This document shows positions 18,275 to 26,353 of a stretch of DNA of 64,000 nucleotides, in pieces. Under the pieces are notes generated by a model, which had not been told where the DNA came from, did not search any database, and saw nothing but the letters and a program-made list of their open reading frames with translations. Source of the DNA: an uncultured Verrucomicrobiota bacterium (GTDB taxonomy: Bacteria > Verrucomicrobiota > Verrucomicrobiia > Limisphaerales > UBA9464); NCBI GenBank assembly GCA_903916195.1, contig CAIWVP010000034.1, positions 3,575 through 67,574 of the forward strand, in the 5' to 3' direction. How positions within the stretch are numbered: position 1 is the first letter of the stretch; each line of letters starts with the position of its first letter. A program made the position numbers and the translations under genes.

Positions 18275-19198
18275 ATGGACACACGCCCCGTCACCACCGC
18301 CCGTCTCGCCGCTTCCGTCGTCGCCGTGCCGCCGCTCGCCCGCGATGCCGATGGGTGCATCTCCGCCGCCGAGAACGCCAAGATCATCCGCCACATCGAG
18401 GCCGGCGGCGTCGACACGCTGCTCTACGGCGGCAACGCGATCCTCTACCACATCCGTCCCAGCGAATACGCCGGCATGCTGACGATGCTCGCCGGAGCGG
18501 CCGCGAAGGACACCTTGGTCGTGCCGTCCGCGGGCCCGTCCTACGGCGTGATGATGGACCAGGCCGAGGTGCTGCGGGACTTCGAGTTCCCGACGGTGAT
18601 GGTCCTGCCGCACCAAGGCCTGAACACCTTCGCGGGGGTCGAGACCGGACTGCGGCGCTTCGCGCAGAAGCTCGGCAAGCCGATCGTCGTCTACGTGAAG
18701 CAGGAGGGCTACGTGACGCCGAAGGAAGTCGCGCGGCTGGTCGCCGACGGCGTGGTCTCGTGGATCAAGTACGCCATCGTCCGCCCCGATCCGGCGGAGG
18801 ACCCCTTCCTCAAGGACCTGGTCGGCCTCGTGCCGCCGTCGCTCATCGTGAGCGGTATCGGCGAGCAACCTGCCATCGCCCATGTGCGCGGCTTCGGCCT
18901 CACGGGCTTCACCAGCGGTTGCGTGTGCGTCGCGCCGGCGTTGTCGCAGAAGATGCTGCTGGCCATGCGCGCCGGGGACTGGGCGGAGGCGGAGCGGATC
19001 CGCGGGATCTTCAGACCGCTGGAAGACCTGCGGAACGCGATCAACCCCGTGCGGGTGCTGCACGAGGCCGTACGCCTCGCCGGAGTCGCGGACACCGGCA
19101 CGATCCTTCCGCTGCTGAGCCCGCTCGACGAGACCCAGCGCGCGACCGTCGCCTCGGCGGCGAAGGCGTTGCTCTCGCAACCTGGCGCGACGGTCTGA
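18275..19198 (+). CDS. Dihydrodipicolinate-synthase-family aldolase/dehydratase
   Basis: TIM-barrel pattern AVPP...LLYGGNA...VVYVK...WIKYA (Schiff-base Lys)...GFTSG; 4 bp after the dehydratase. Confidence 0.8.
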   Translation: MDTRPVTTARLAASVVAVPPLARDADGCISAAENAKIIRHIEAGGVDTLLYGGNAILYHIRPSEYAGMLTMLAGAAAKDTLVVPSAGPSYGVMMDQAEVLRDFEFPTVMVLPHQGLNTFAGVETGLRRFAQKLGKPIVVYVKQEGYVTPKEVARLVADGVVSWIKYAIVRPDPAEDPFLKDLVGLVPPSLIVSGIGEQPAIAHVRGFGLTGFTSGCVCVAPALSQKMLLAMRAGDWAEAERIRGIFRPLEDLRNAINPVRVLHEAVRLAGVADTGTILPLLSPLDETQRATVASAAKALLSQPGATV

Positions 19199-19228
19199 CG
19201 ACGCGACGACGCGACGGCGCGACGACGC
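19197..19228 (+). repeat. Octamer tandem repeat (GACGACGC)x4
   Basis: GACGACGC GACGACGC GACGGCGC GACGACGC between convergent genes. Confidence 0.75.
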
Positions 19229-19244
19229 GGAGCCGGGCCGCGCC

Positions 19245-20447
19245 TCAAGCCGTCACGCGGAGCAGCGAACCGCCGCGCGCGAGATGGCGCCGCTGCAGCT
19301 CGTCGATGGCGTCGACGACCAGCGACTGCGACATCTCGTGCACCTCGAAGCCCTGGCCGATGGCGCGGAGGAGCGTGATGGTGAGCTCGCCGCCGAGATG
19401 CTCGCGGAACTCCTCCAGCCCGGCGACGACCAGCAGTTGGCCGGTCTCGTCCTCATGCAGGAGCTCGCCGGCGAAGAGGTCGAAGCCGAGCCGCTCCAAC
19501 AGCACCAGCACGCGCTCCGCGTCGGCCGCGCCGAGGAACCCCCGGGAGCGCGCGTAGACGACATCGAGAGCGACCCCGACGGCCACGGCCTCGCCGTGGC
19601 GGAGCCGGTATTCGGAAAGCTGCTCCAGCTTGTGGGCGGCCCAATGGCCGAAATCGAGCGGACGCGCGCTGCCCATCTCGAACGGATCACCGTTGCCCGC
19701 GATGTGGTCGAGGTGCAGCTCGGCGCTGCGGAAGATGAGACGCTGCATCGCCGCGGGTTCGAACGCGGCGAGCGCGGCGGCGTCCTGCTCCATCCGGGCG
19801 AAGAACGCGGCGTCGCGGATGCAGGCGACCTTCACCGCCTCGACGTAGCCGGCGCGCTTGTCGCGCGGCGGGAGCGTCTCCAGCAGCTTGAAGTCGTTGA
19901 TCACCGCGAACGGCGGCGTGAAGGTGCCGACGAAGTTCTTCTTCCCGAACGCGTTGATGCCGTTCTTCACGCCCACGCCTGAATCGTCCTGCGCCAAGGT
20001 CGTGGTGGGGAGCCGGACCAGCCGGACGCCACGGTGCGCGGTCGCCGCGGCGAGGCCCACCATGTCGAGCAGCGCGCCGCCGCCGATGGCGAGCACGTAG
20101 TCGTGCCGGTCGATGTGGAACCGCTCGATGAGCGCGTGGATCTCGGAGACGCGGAAGTAGGCGTTCTTCACCGGCTCGCCGCCGATGATGAGCACCGGCG
20201 GGCAGACGAGCAGGGTGGAGTCGGCGCGGGCCGCGAACCACGCCTCGATCCGCGCGACCAATCCGGGCGCCGCCTGTGCAAGCGCCTCGTCGACGACGAC
20301 CAACGCCTTGGCCCGGCGTCCGAACGGCACCGGCCGCCCCTCGACGAGCACGTCGGCGAGCAGCACGTTTTCCAGCGAGAACACGTCGTGCGTAAAATGC
20401 ACTTGGTGCCGCCAGCGGACTTCGATGGTGCGTTCCAGGGTGGGCAT
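19245..20447 (-). CDS. 3-dehydroquinate synthase-like sugar-phosphate cyclase (EboD-like subfamily)
   Basis: GGEPVKN, IGGGALLDMVG, PTTTLAQDDSGVGVKNG, GSARPLDFGHWAAHKLE, LRHGEAVAVG. Confidence 0.85.
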   Translation of the reverse strand: MPTLERTIEVRWRHQVHFTHDVFSLENVLLADVLVEGRPVPFGRRAKALVVVDEALAQAAPGLVARIEAWFAARADSTLLVCPPVLIIGGEPVKNAYFRVSEIHALIERFHIDRHDYVLAIGGGALLDMVGLAAATAHRGVRLVRLPTTTLAQDDSGVGVKNGINAFGKKNFVGTFTPPFAVINDFKLLETLPPRDKRAGYVEAVKVACIRDAAFFARMEQDAAALAAFEPAAMQRLIFRSAELHLDHIAGNGDPFEMGSARPLDFGHWAAHKLEQLSEYRLRHGEAVAVGVALDVVYARSRGFLGAADAERVLVLLERLGFDLFAGELLHEDETGQLLVVAGLEEFREHLGGELTITLLRAIGQGFEVHEMSQSLVVDAIDELQRRHLARGGSLLRVTA

Positions 20448-20531
20448 CGGACAGATCGTTGCGGTCGGACGGGGCAGGGCCGGGATTATTTGATCAGGTT
20501 CCAAGAACCGCACCGGAAGCCAGGGCGGCGG

Positions 20532-20564
20532 AAAACAGGCACGCCCGGCCGAGGCCGGGCGTGC
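20532..20564 (-). terminator. Probable intrinsic terminator of the ThuA/DUF1080 gene
   Basis: GCACGCCCGGCC/GGCCGGGCGTGC stem followed on minus strand by CTGTTTT. Confidence 0.65.
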
Positions 20565-20586
20565 TGGGAAATGCGGAACCGCGGGA

Positions 20587-21957
20587 TCAATCCAACCGCT
20601 GGATGCGGATGTTGCGGAAGCCGGCCGCACCATGGTCGCCCTGGAGCAGGATCGGACCCGGCTTGTCGTTGTCGTCGTCGAGGTGGCCGCCGGTGCCGTG
20701 GGAGACCGGGACGTTGTCGTGGACCTTCACGCCGTTGAGGATGTAGGTGACCTTGTCGCCCACCATGCGCGCCTCGCCCTGCTGCCATTGGCCGGCCTTG
20801 CGGGCCGCCGGGACGGCGCAGGACGCAACGTTGTACAGGTCGCCGTTCAGGCCCTTGGCATGGCCGTCCTTGTTGGCGTTGTCGAAGATCTGCAGCTCGT
20901 AGCGGCCGCGGAGATAGAAGCCGGAGTTGGACCCGGGCGGCACCTGGTACTCAAAGCGCACGACGAAGTCCTTGTACTTCTCCTCGGTGTGGATGTCGGT
21001 GCCGTGCTCGCCCTTGCCGAGCGTGTTCACGAGCATGCCGTTCTGGACGCTCCACGACTTCGGTCCTTCGGCGCGGCGGTACTTCCAGCCGTTCATCGTC
21101 TTGCCGTCGAAGAGCAGCTTGAAGCCGGCCTTCTTCTCGTCCGCGGAGATGCTGTTCGCGGTGTCGGTCGGCTTGCCCGAGCCCTTCTCGAGGCCGAGCG
21201 CCCACTTGATGCCGCCCAAGATGTGCTGTTGGTAGAGCGCGCTGGTCCAGACGTCCTCGCGGTGGCCGAGCGAGGTGTAGAAGACCTTGCCGCCGTGGCC
21301 GACATCCTTGGACCAAGCGATGGGATAATCCCCCGGGGCGAGCGTCTGCGGATGCTTGTCGAGCGTGAGCAGCCCGTGGACGCGATCACGGTGCCAGCTG
21401 GCGTCGGTGAACTCGTAGATCTCGTCGAAGATGGTGTAGACGGGCCCGAGGTGTTTGGTGGCCGGATGGCTCGGGTCCTGGTTGTAGGCGTCCACCTGCA
21501 CCTGGGCGCCATGGGTCTTGAACTCGGCGCCGAGCAGGTCGATGAACGGTTGGTGGCGGGCGGCCCCGTCGAAGGTATCGCTACACGAGTGCATGCCGAT
21601 CAAGGCGTGGCCGTTCTCGACCCACTTGATGAAGCCGTCCTTGTCGGGGATCGCGAGGTTGCCGGTCGTGTTGGCGAAGATGACGGCGTCCACCTGCGCC
21701 AGCTTGGCGAGGGTCATCTTCTCCATCACGTCGGAGTCGTCCTGGCCCTTCTTGGCATCGCCGCCGCCCCGCACGTAGTCCACGACCGTGAACGCGCCGC
21801 TGGTCTCGCCCAGGGTGGCGATGACGTTCTCGGCGGTGGCGATGGAGCTGTGGCGGAAACCTTTCGTGGCGGTGACGACAAGGACCTTCTTGGGCGCGGC
21901 TTCGGCGGCGATCGATCCGACGGCGACGAGCGCTGCGGTGAGGAGACGGAGTTTCAT
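20587..21957 (-). CDS. Secreted ThuA-like + DUF1080 (3-keto-disaccharide hydrolase-like) fusion
   Basis: Signal peptide; GFRHSSI, FANTTG, DEIY, VFYTSLGH, GGIKWALG; then LFDGKTMNGW, NSGFYLRG, LLQGDHG, FRNIRI. Confidence 0.85.
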   Translation of the reverse strand: MKLRLLTAALVAVGSIAAEAAPKKVLVVTATKGFRHSSIATAENVIATLGETSGAFTVVDYVRGGGDAKKGQDDSDVMEKMTLAKLAQVDAVIFANTTGNLAIPDKDGFIKWVENGHALIGMHSCSDTFDGAARHQPFIDLLGAEFKTHGAQVQVDAYNQDPSHPATKHLGPVYTIFDEIYEFTDASWHRDRVHGLLTLDKHPQTLAPGDYPIAWSKDVGHGGKVFYTSLGHREDVWTSALYQQHILGGIKWALGLEKGSGKPTDTANSISADEKKAGFKLLFDGKTMNGWKYRRAEGPKSWSVQNGMLVNTLGKGEHGTDIHTEEKYKDFVVRFEYQVPPGSNSGFYLRGRYELQIFDNANKDGHAKGLNGDLYNVASCAVPAARKAGQWQQGEARMVGDKVTYILNGVKVHDNVPVSHGTGGHLDDDNDKPGPILLQGDHGAAGFRNIRIQRLD

Positions 21958-22122
21958 GGCGTGATGCGTGTTTCTGGATGCGTGACGACGCGAGCGCACT
22001 GGCGAACGCGGGGACACATCCATTTAGCCGCTCTGCCCGATGCTGCGGCAAGCTGCGAGTTGGCGACGAGCGCGATCCGTAGCGATCGGATGGAATTCCG
22101 GCCCCCGATGGCCGGCACGGGC

Positions 22123-23061
22123 TCACGACAGGCGGTCGATCGTGTGGCCGGCGAGGAACTGCTCGGCGGTCATGCGTCGGCCGCCCTCGGGCTGGACCTC
22201 GGTCAGGCGCAGCGCGTCTTCACCGCACGCGACCACCAGCCCCGCCTTGTCCGCCGCTAGGAGCGTCCCAGGCGCTCCACATCCGGCAACGGGCAACGCC
22301 ACGTGGACCTTGAGCAGCTTCGCCTTGGGCCCGGAGGGGATATGGCAGAACGCTCCCGGCCACGGCGTGAACGCCCGGATGCGCGCCGCCAAGGTCCGCG
22401 CCGGCCGCGTCCAGTCGAGACGTCCGTCCTCCTTGGTCACCTTGCGCGCGTAGGTGACGCCTTCCGCGGGCTGGGGCCGCGGGACGATCTCGCCCGCGAG
22501 ATAGGCGGGCAAGGTGTCGACGAGCAGCTCGCCGCCGAGCCGGGCCAGGCGGTCGTGCAGGGTCTGGCCGGTGTCGGCGTCGCTGATCGGCGTGCGTGCG
22601 ATCGAGACGACCGGACCGGTGTCGAGTCCGGCCTCCATCCGCATCAAGGTGACGCCCGTCTCCGCGTCGCCGTCCGCGATGGCCCACTGGATCGGCGCCG
22701 CGCCGCGCCAGCGCGGCAGGATCGAGGTGTGGACGTTCAGGCAGCCGTGGCGCGGGATGTCGAGCAGGGCCTGCGGCAGGATCTGGCCGTAGGCGGCGAC
22801 GATGATGAGATCGGGCGCCAGCGCGCGGAGCTGGTCGAGGAACGCCGGGTCGCGGGCCTTCTCCGGTTGCAGCACCGGCAAGCCACGTGCGAGCGCCTCG
22901 ATCTTCACCGGCGGTGGCTGGAGCTGGAGATCGCGGCCCTTCGGTCGGTCCGGTTGGGCGACGACCGCGACGACAGGGAACCGGTGATCGTCCGCCAAAG
23001 TGGCCAAGACCTCGCGGGCCAGGTCGGGCGTGCCCATGAAGATGATCCGGAGCGGAATCAT
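22123..23061 (-). CDS. fmt: Methionyl-tRNA formyltransferase
   Basis: IFMGTP, QPDRPKGR, VAAYGQIL, NVHTSILPRWRGAAPI, GLDTG, IRAFTPWP. Confidence 0.96.
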   Translation of the reverse strand: MIPLRIIFMGTPDLAREVLATLADDHRFPVVAVVAQPDRPKGRDLQLQPPPVKIEALARGLPVLQPEKARDPAFLDQLRALAPDLIIVAAYGQILPQALLDIPRHGCLNVHTSILPRWRGAAPIQWAIADGDAETGVTLMRMEAGLDTGPVVSIARTPISDADTGQTLHDRLARLGGELLVDTLPAYLAGEIVPRPQPAEGVTYARKVTKEDGRLDWTRPARTLAARIRAFTPWPGAFCHIPSGPKAKLLKVHVALPVAGCGAPGTLLAADKAGLVVACGEDALRLTEVQPEGGRRMTAEQFLAGHTIDRLS

Positions 23062-23146
23062 TGGGACATGTCGATTGTTGCTGATCCGATGGGGCCGGCC
23101 CGGGCGCCGGAAAATCCGCGACGCCCAGCGGGAGGCCGGGGTGGGG

Positions 23147-23782
23147 TCAGGCGTTCGGCTTGACCGCGAAGGTGGTGTTGCCGTCGCTCACCGCGGGCTT
23201 GGGGACGCGGGCGACGATCTTGAGGATGTCGAGCAGGACGTGGAGCGGTTCCTGGGTGGAATCAATCTGGTGGATCAGCTCCTCCGGGTAGCACTCGAGC
23301 ACGGCGCGGGTCTCACGCTTATAGGTCTCGAGGCGGGCGCGGATCGTCTCCACATTGGCGTCGTCGAGACGGTTTTCGCGGAGGGCGCGGCGCTGGAGGC
23401 GGTTGATCAGCTTGTCCATCGCCGGGCAGAACAGGTTGAAGACGGCCTTCACCTCGATCAACTCGGTCATGATCCGGGCTTGGTTCGGGTTCCGCGGGAT
23501 GCCGTCGAGCAACAGGGTGTCCGCCTCGGGATTGAATCGGCCGGCGGCGATGAAGCCGCTGATCGAGTTGTGCCAGAGCTCGATGGTGGGCTCGTCGGGG
23601 ACGAGCTGGCCCTTGGAGGCGTACTCGACGAAGACGCGGCCGAGGGGCGAATCGACGCGCAGGTTGCGGAAGGCGTCGCCGCAGGAGAAGTGGATGAAGT
23701 TCGGGACCTGGCCGAGGATCTTGCCCTGGGTGCCTTTGCCGGCTCCAGGTGCCCCGAACAGCAGGATGGCGCGATATCTCAT
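23147..23782 (-). CDS. adk: Adenylate/nucleoside monophosphate kinase (short LID)
   Basis: GAPGAGKGTQ P-loop, SCGDAFR, GQLVPDE, LDGIPR, RLDD. Confidence 0.85.
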   Translation of the reverse strand: MRYRAILLFGAPGAGKGTQGKILGQVPNFIHFSCGDAFRNLRVDSPLGRVFVEYASKGQLVPDEPTIELWHNSISGFIAAGRFNPEADTLLLDGIPRNPNQARIMTELIEVKAVFNLFCPAMDKLINRLQRRALRENRLDDANVETIRARLETYKRETRAVLECYPEELIHQIDSTQEPLHVLLDILKIVARVPKPAVSDGNTTFAVKPNA

Positions 23783-23825
23783 GGGTGGCGTTGGGAGCTT
23801 TCGGGCCGCGCCGGGACAGGCTCGA

Positions 23826-24773
23826 TCAGGCGGCGTCCTTGGACCGGAGCTTCACCTCGACCATCTCCGCGAACGGCACCTGCAGCTCTTGGTTGGTCGC
23901 GGTCTTGATGAAGACCTCATTGGCCGAGATGCGGCTGATGCGGACGGCGACGACGCTGTGCTTGCCGGCGGCGATCTCGATGACGAGGTCCTTGTCGGCC
24001 TCGCTGGAGACGACGCGGAAGAAGGTCGGGAACTGCGTCTCGAAGAAGCGGCGGTTGAAGGTGATGTCGCCGCGCTTGAAGATCTTGGGCAGGCCTTCCT
24101 GCTGCGTGGCGCTGCCGCCGCCCTTGGCGACACCGAGCGCGGATGCGACACCCCCGCCGCTCGCGGGAACCGCCCCGCCCACAGGGACGCCGAGATGGGT
24201 CTGCTGCACGGCGGTCTCGGTGGCGCTCTCCTGGGCCTCGACCGTGTGGCGCGGCAAGACGAGGAAGATGAGGGGGCCGAGCACCGGCAAGATCGCCGAG
24301 GTGCCGCACACGAGCGCGACCGGACGCCACTTGAAGCGGGCGATCTCGTAGGCACCGTAGAGGTTCGCAAAGAAGAGGACACCGAGGAGGACCAAGCCGT
24401 TGGGCGAGGTCAGCGCGGCAGCGAGGCCCTTCTTCACGTCGGGCAGCTCGACCCGGGCAGGCTGCTTGACCGGGATCTCCTTGGCCTGCTGAAGGGCGAT
24501 CGTCTCGGACGGCGGTTCGATGAACGGTTCGACGAAGCGGCGGGCCTTGGGGTTGTCGGCCAGGTCCTTCAGCGTCTCGTCGCTCAGCTTCGCCCAGTCG
24601 ATGCGCGGGGAGAAATCGCCGCTGTCGAGCCGGACGACGAGGCCGTCCTTGTCGGCAGCGGAAAGCTCGCCCTTGAAGACGTCACCGGTGACCAGACGGA
24701 ATTCGGCGGCCTCGACCATCAGGGCCACCATGGCGCACGACAGCAAGGCTAGGACTTGACGAACCGGAGACAT
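23826..24773 (-). CDS. Conserved hypothetical membrane protein (start uncertain)
   Basis: Good codon bias; signal-like N-terminus, small beta domain, two hydrophobic segments, Gly/Ala linker, C-terminal beta domain. Confidence 0.7.
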   Translation of the reverse strand: MSPVRQVLALLSCAMVALMVEAAEFRLVTGDVFKGELSAADKDGLVVRLDSGDFSPRIDWAKLSDETLKDLADNPKARRFVEPFIEPPSETIALQQAKEIPVKQPARVELPDVKKGLAAALTSPNGLVLLGVLFFANLYGAYEIARFKWRPVALVCGTSAILPVLGPLIFLVLPRHTVEAQESATETAVQQTHLGVPVGGAVPASGGGVASALGVAKGGGSATQQEGLPKIFKRGDITFNRRFFETQFPTFFRVVSSEADKDLVIEIAAGKHSVVAVRISRISANEVFIKTATNQELQVPFAEMVEVKLRSKDAA

Positions 24774-24956
24774 GATGACGCGACCTTGGCAAAGGGCTCC
24801 GGCACGGGGAACTAAAAACTTCCGGACGGAGCGGGACGACGGGGTTCCGATAGGCATGCCCCCGCCTTAGCAAGTGCGCTGCCTATCTCTTGCGGAGAAT
24901 CTTGCGCGGAAGGCGGGCTGCTTGACCCCGCCTTCCGCGCTCCGCAGCCTGCGGTC

Positions 24957-25358
24957 GTGTCGCCGCCGTCCCCAGCCGCCCGAGCCCGCCGAGCCGAACA
25001 GGCCCGCGGACGCGTGCTCGCCGCGTGGCGCGGGATCGATGTCCGGCCGCTCGAGATCGCCGCGCGTTCCGCCGGGCGCCCGGTCGGCCAGCTCATCCCG
25101 CAGGTCCTGGCCGGCCTCCGGCTGGAGGAGCGCGTCGCCGAATCGCAGATCCAATCCGTCTGGCAACGGACCATCGATCCGTTGATCGCGCAGCACGCGC
25201 AGCCGGCCGGCCTCGTCCGCGGCACGCTCTTCGTGAACGTCGACAGCAGCACGTGGCTCTCGGAGATCGTCCGCTACCGGCGCCACGAGATCCTCGAACG
25301 GCTCCAGCTCGCCGTCGGCAAGGCGATGGTCCAGAAGATCAGCTTCCGCGTCGGTTGA
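24957..25358 (+). CDS. dciA: DUF721/DciA replicative helicase loader-like protein
   Basis: W-x-x-I-D-P-L-I-A-Q-H-A-Q-P, GTLFVNVDSSTWLSEI, KISFRVG; GTG start. Confidence 0.75.
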   Translation: MSPPSPAARARRAEQARGRVLAAWRGIDVRPLEIAARSAGRPVGQLIPQVLAGLRLEERVAESQIQSVWQRTIDPLIAQHAQPAGLVRGTLFVNVDSSTWLSEIVRYRRHEILERLQLAVGKAMVQKISFRVG

Positions 25359-25493
25359 GGCGGCCTCGGCCGGTCCGACCGACGTCGTCGGGCACGACCC
25401 TCTGGAACCTTCGCTGTAACCGTCCGTTCGCCGGCCGGGTCTTCTTCCAAGTCACCACCGTTGCTCAAACCAGCACACTCACTCCCCGACCCC

Positions 25494-26210
25494 ATGAAAC
25501 ACATCCTCACCGCCACATTCCTCTCCTCGTTCGCGCTGACGCTCTGCCTTGCCGACGCCAAGGAAGATGTCAAAGCCGCCGCCAAGAAGCTCTCCGACGC
25601 TCCGAACTACAGCTGGACCGCTGTCACCGAGATCGAGGGCGGGCAATCCACGCCGGCGCCGATCAGCGGCAAGGCCGAGAAAGGCGGGTTCGCGGTGCTC
25701 ACCCAGGAACGTGACGGCAACACGACCACCGCGGTGCTCAAAGGCGACAAGGGCGTGCTCAAGACCGAGGACGGTTGGCAGACCGCCGAGGAGCTCCGCG
25801 CCGCCGCGAGCGGTGGCGGCGGCGGTGGCGGCCGGATGCGCGGGCAACTGCTCCGCAGCCGGATCCCGGGCGACGAAGCGGGCAAGCTCGCCGACAAGGT
25901 CAAGGAGCTGAAAGCCTCGGACGGCGTGGTCAGCGGCGACCTCACGGAAGAAGGCGCCAAGGAACTCGCCGCCTTCGGTCGCGGCGGACGTCCCGGCGGC
26001 CAGGCGCCCGAGCCCAAGAACGCCAAGGGCTCGGTGAAGTACTGGCTCAAGGAAGGCCAGATCTCCAAGGTACAGGTCAAGATCTCGAGCACCGTGAACA
26101 TCCAGGGCGAGGACCGGAACATGACCCGCACGACCACTTACGAGCTCAAGGCCGTGGGCACCACCAAGGTCGAGGTGCCCGAAGAAGCGAAGAAGAAGAT
26201 CGGGGCCTGA
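25494..26210 (+). CDS. Secreted hypothetical protein
   Basis: Signal peptide MKHILT..., strong codon bias, Gly-rich loops, followed by terminator. Confidence 0.8.
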   Translation: MKHILTATFLSSFALTLCLADAKEDVKAAAKKLSDAPNYSWTAVTEIEGGQSTPAPISGKAEKGGFAVLTQERDGNTTTAVLKGDKGVLKTEDGWQTAEELRAAASGGGGGGGRMRGQLLRSRIPGDEAGKLADKVKELKASDGVVSGDLTEEGAKELAAFGRGGRPGGQAPEPKNAKGSVKYWLKEGQISKVQVKISSTVNIQGEDRNMTRTTTYELKAVGTTKVEVPEEAKKKIGA

Positions 26211-26235
26211 ACCGGCCGCCACCGGACCGATCGCG

Positions 26236-26263
26236 GGGCGGGCCCTCCAGGCCCGCCCTTTTT
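26236..26263 (+). terminator. Intrinsic terminator
   Basis: GGGCGGGCC-ctcca-GGCCCGCCC-TTTTT. Confidence 0.85.
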
Positions 26264-26353
26264 GCGCCGGCGACCCATCCGAACGCGGCCGCTCCGGCTC
26301 CAGTAAATCCGGTCGCCTCCGGCGGGCAGCCTCCTTAGCGTCCTCCCCTCACC

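Noticed and set aside
19197-19228. Octamer repeat as a phase-variation or CRISPR-like element
   Set aside because: Four short intergenic units without spacers between convergent genes; kept only as a simple repeat
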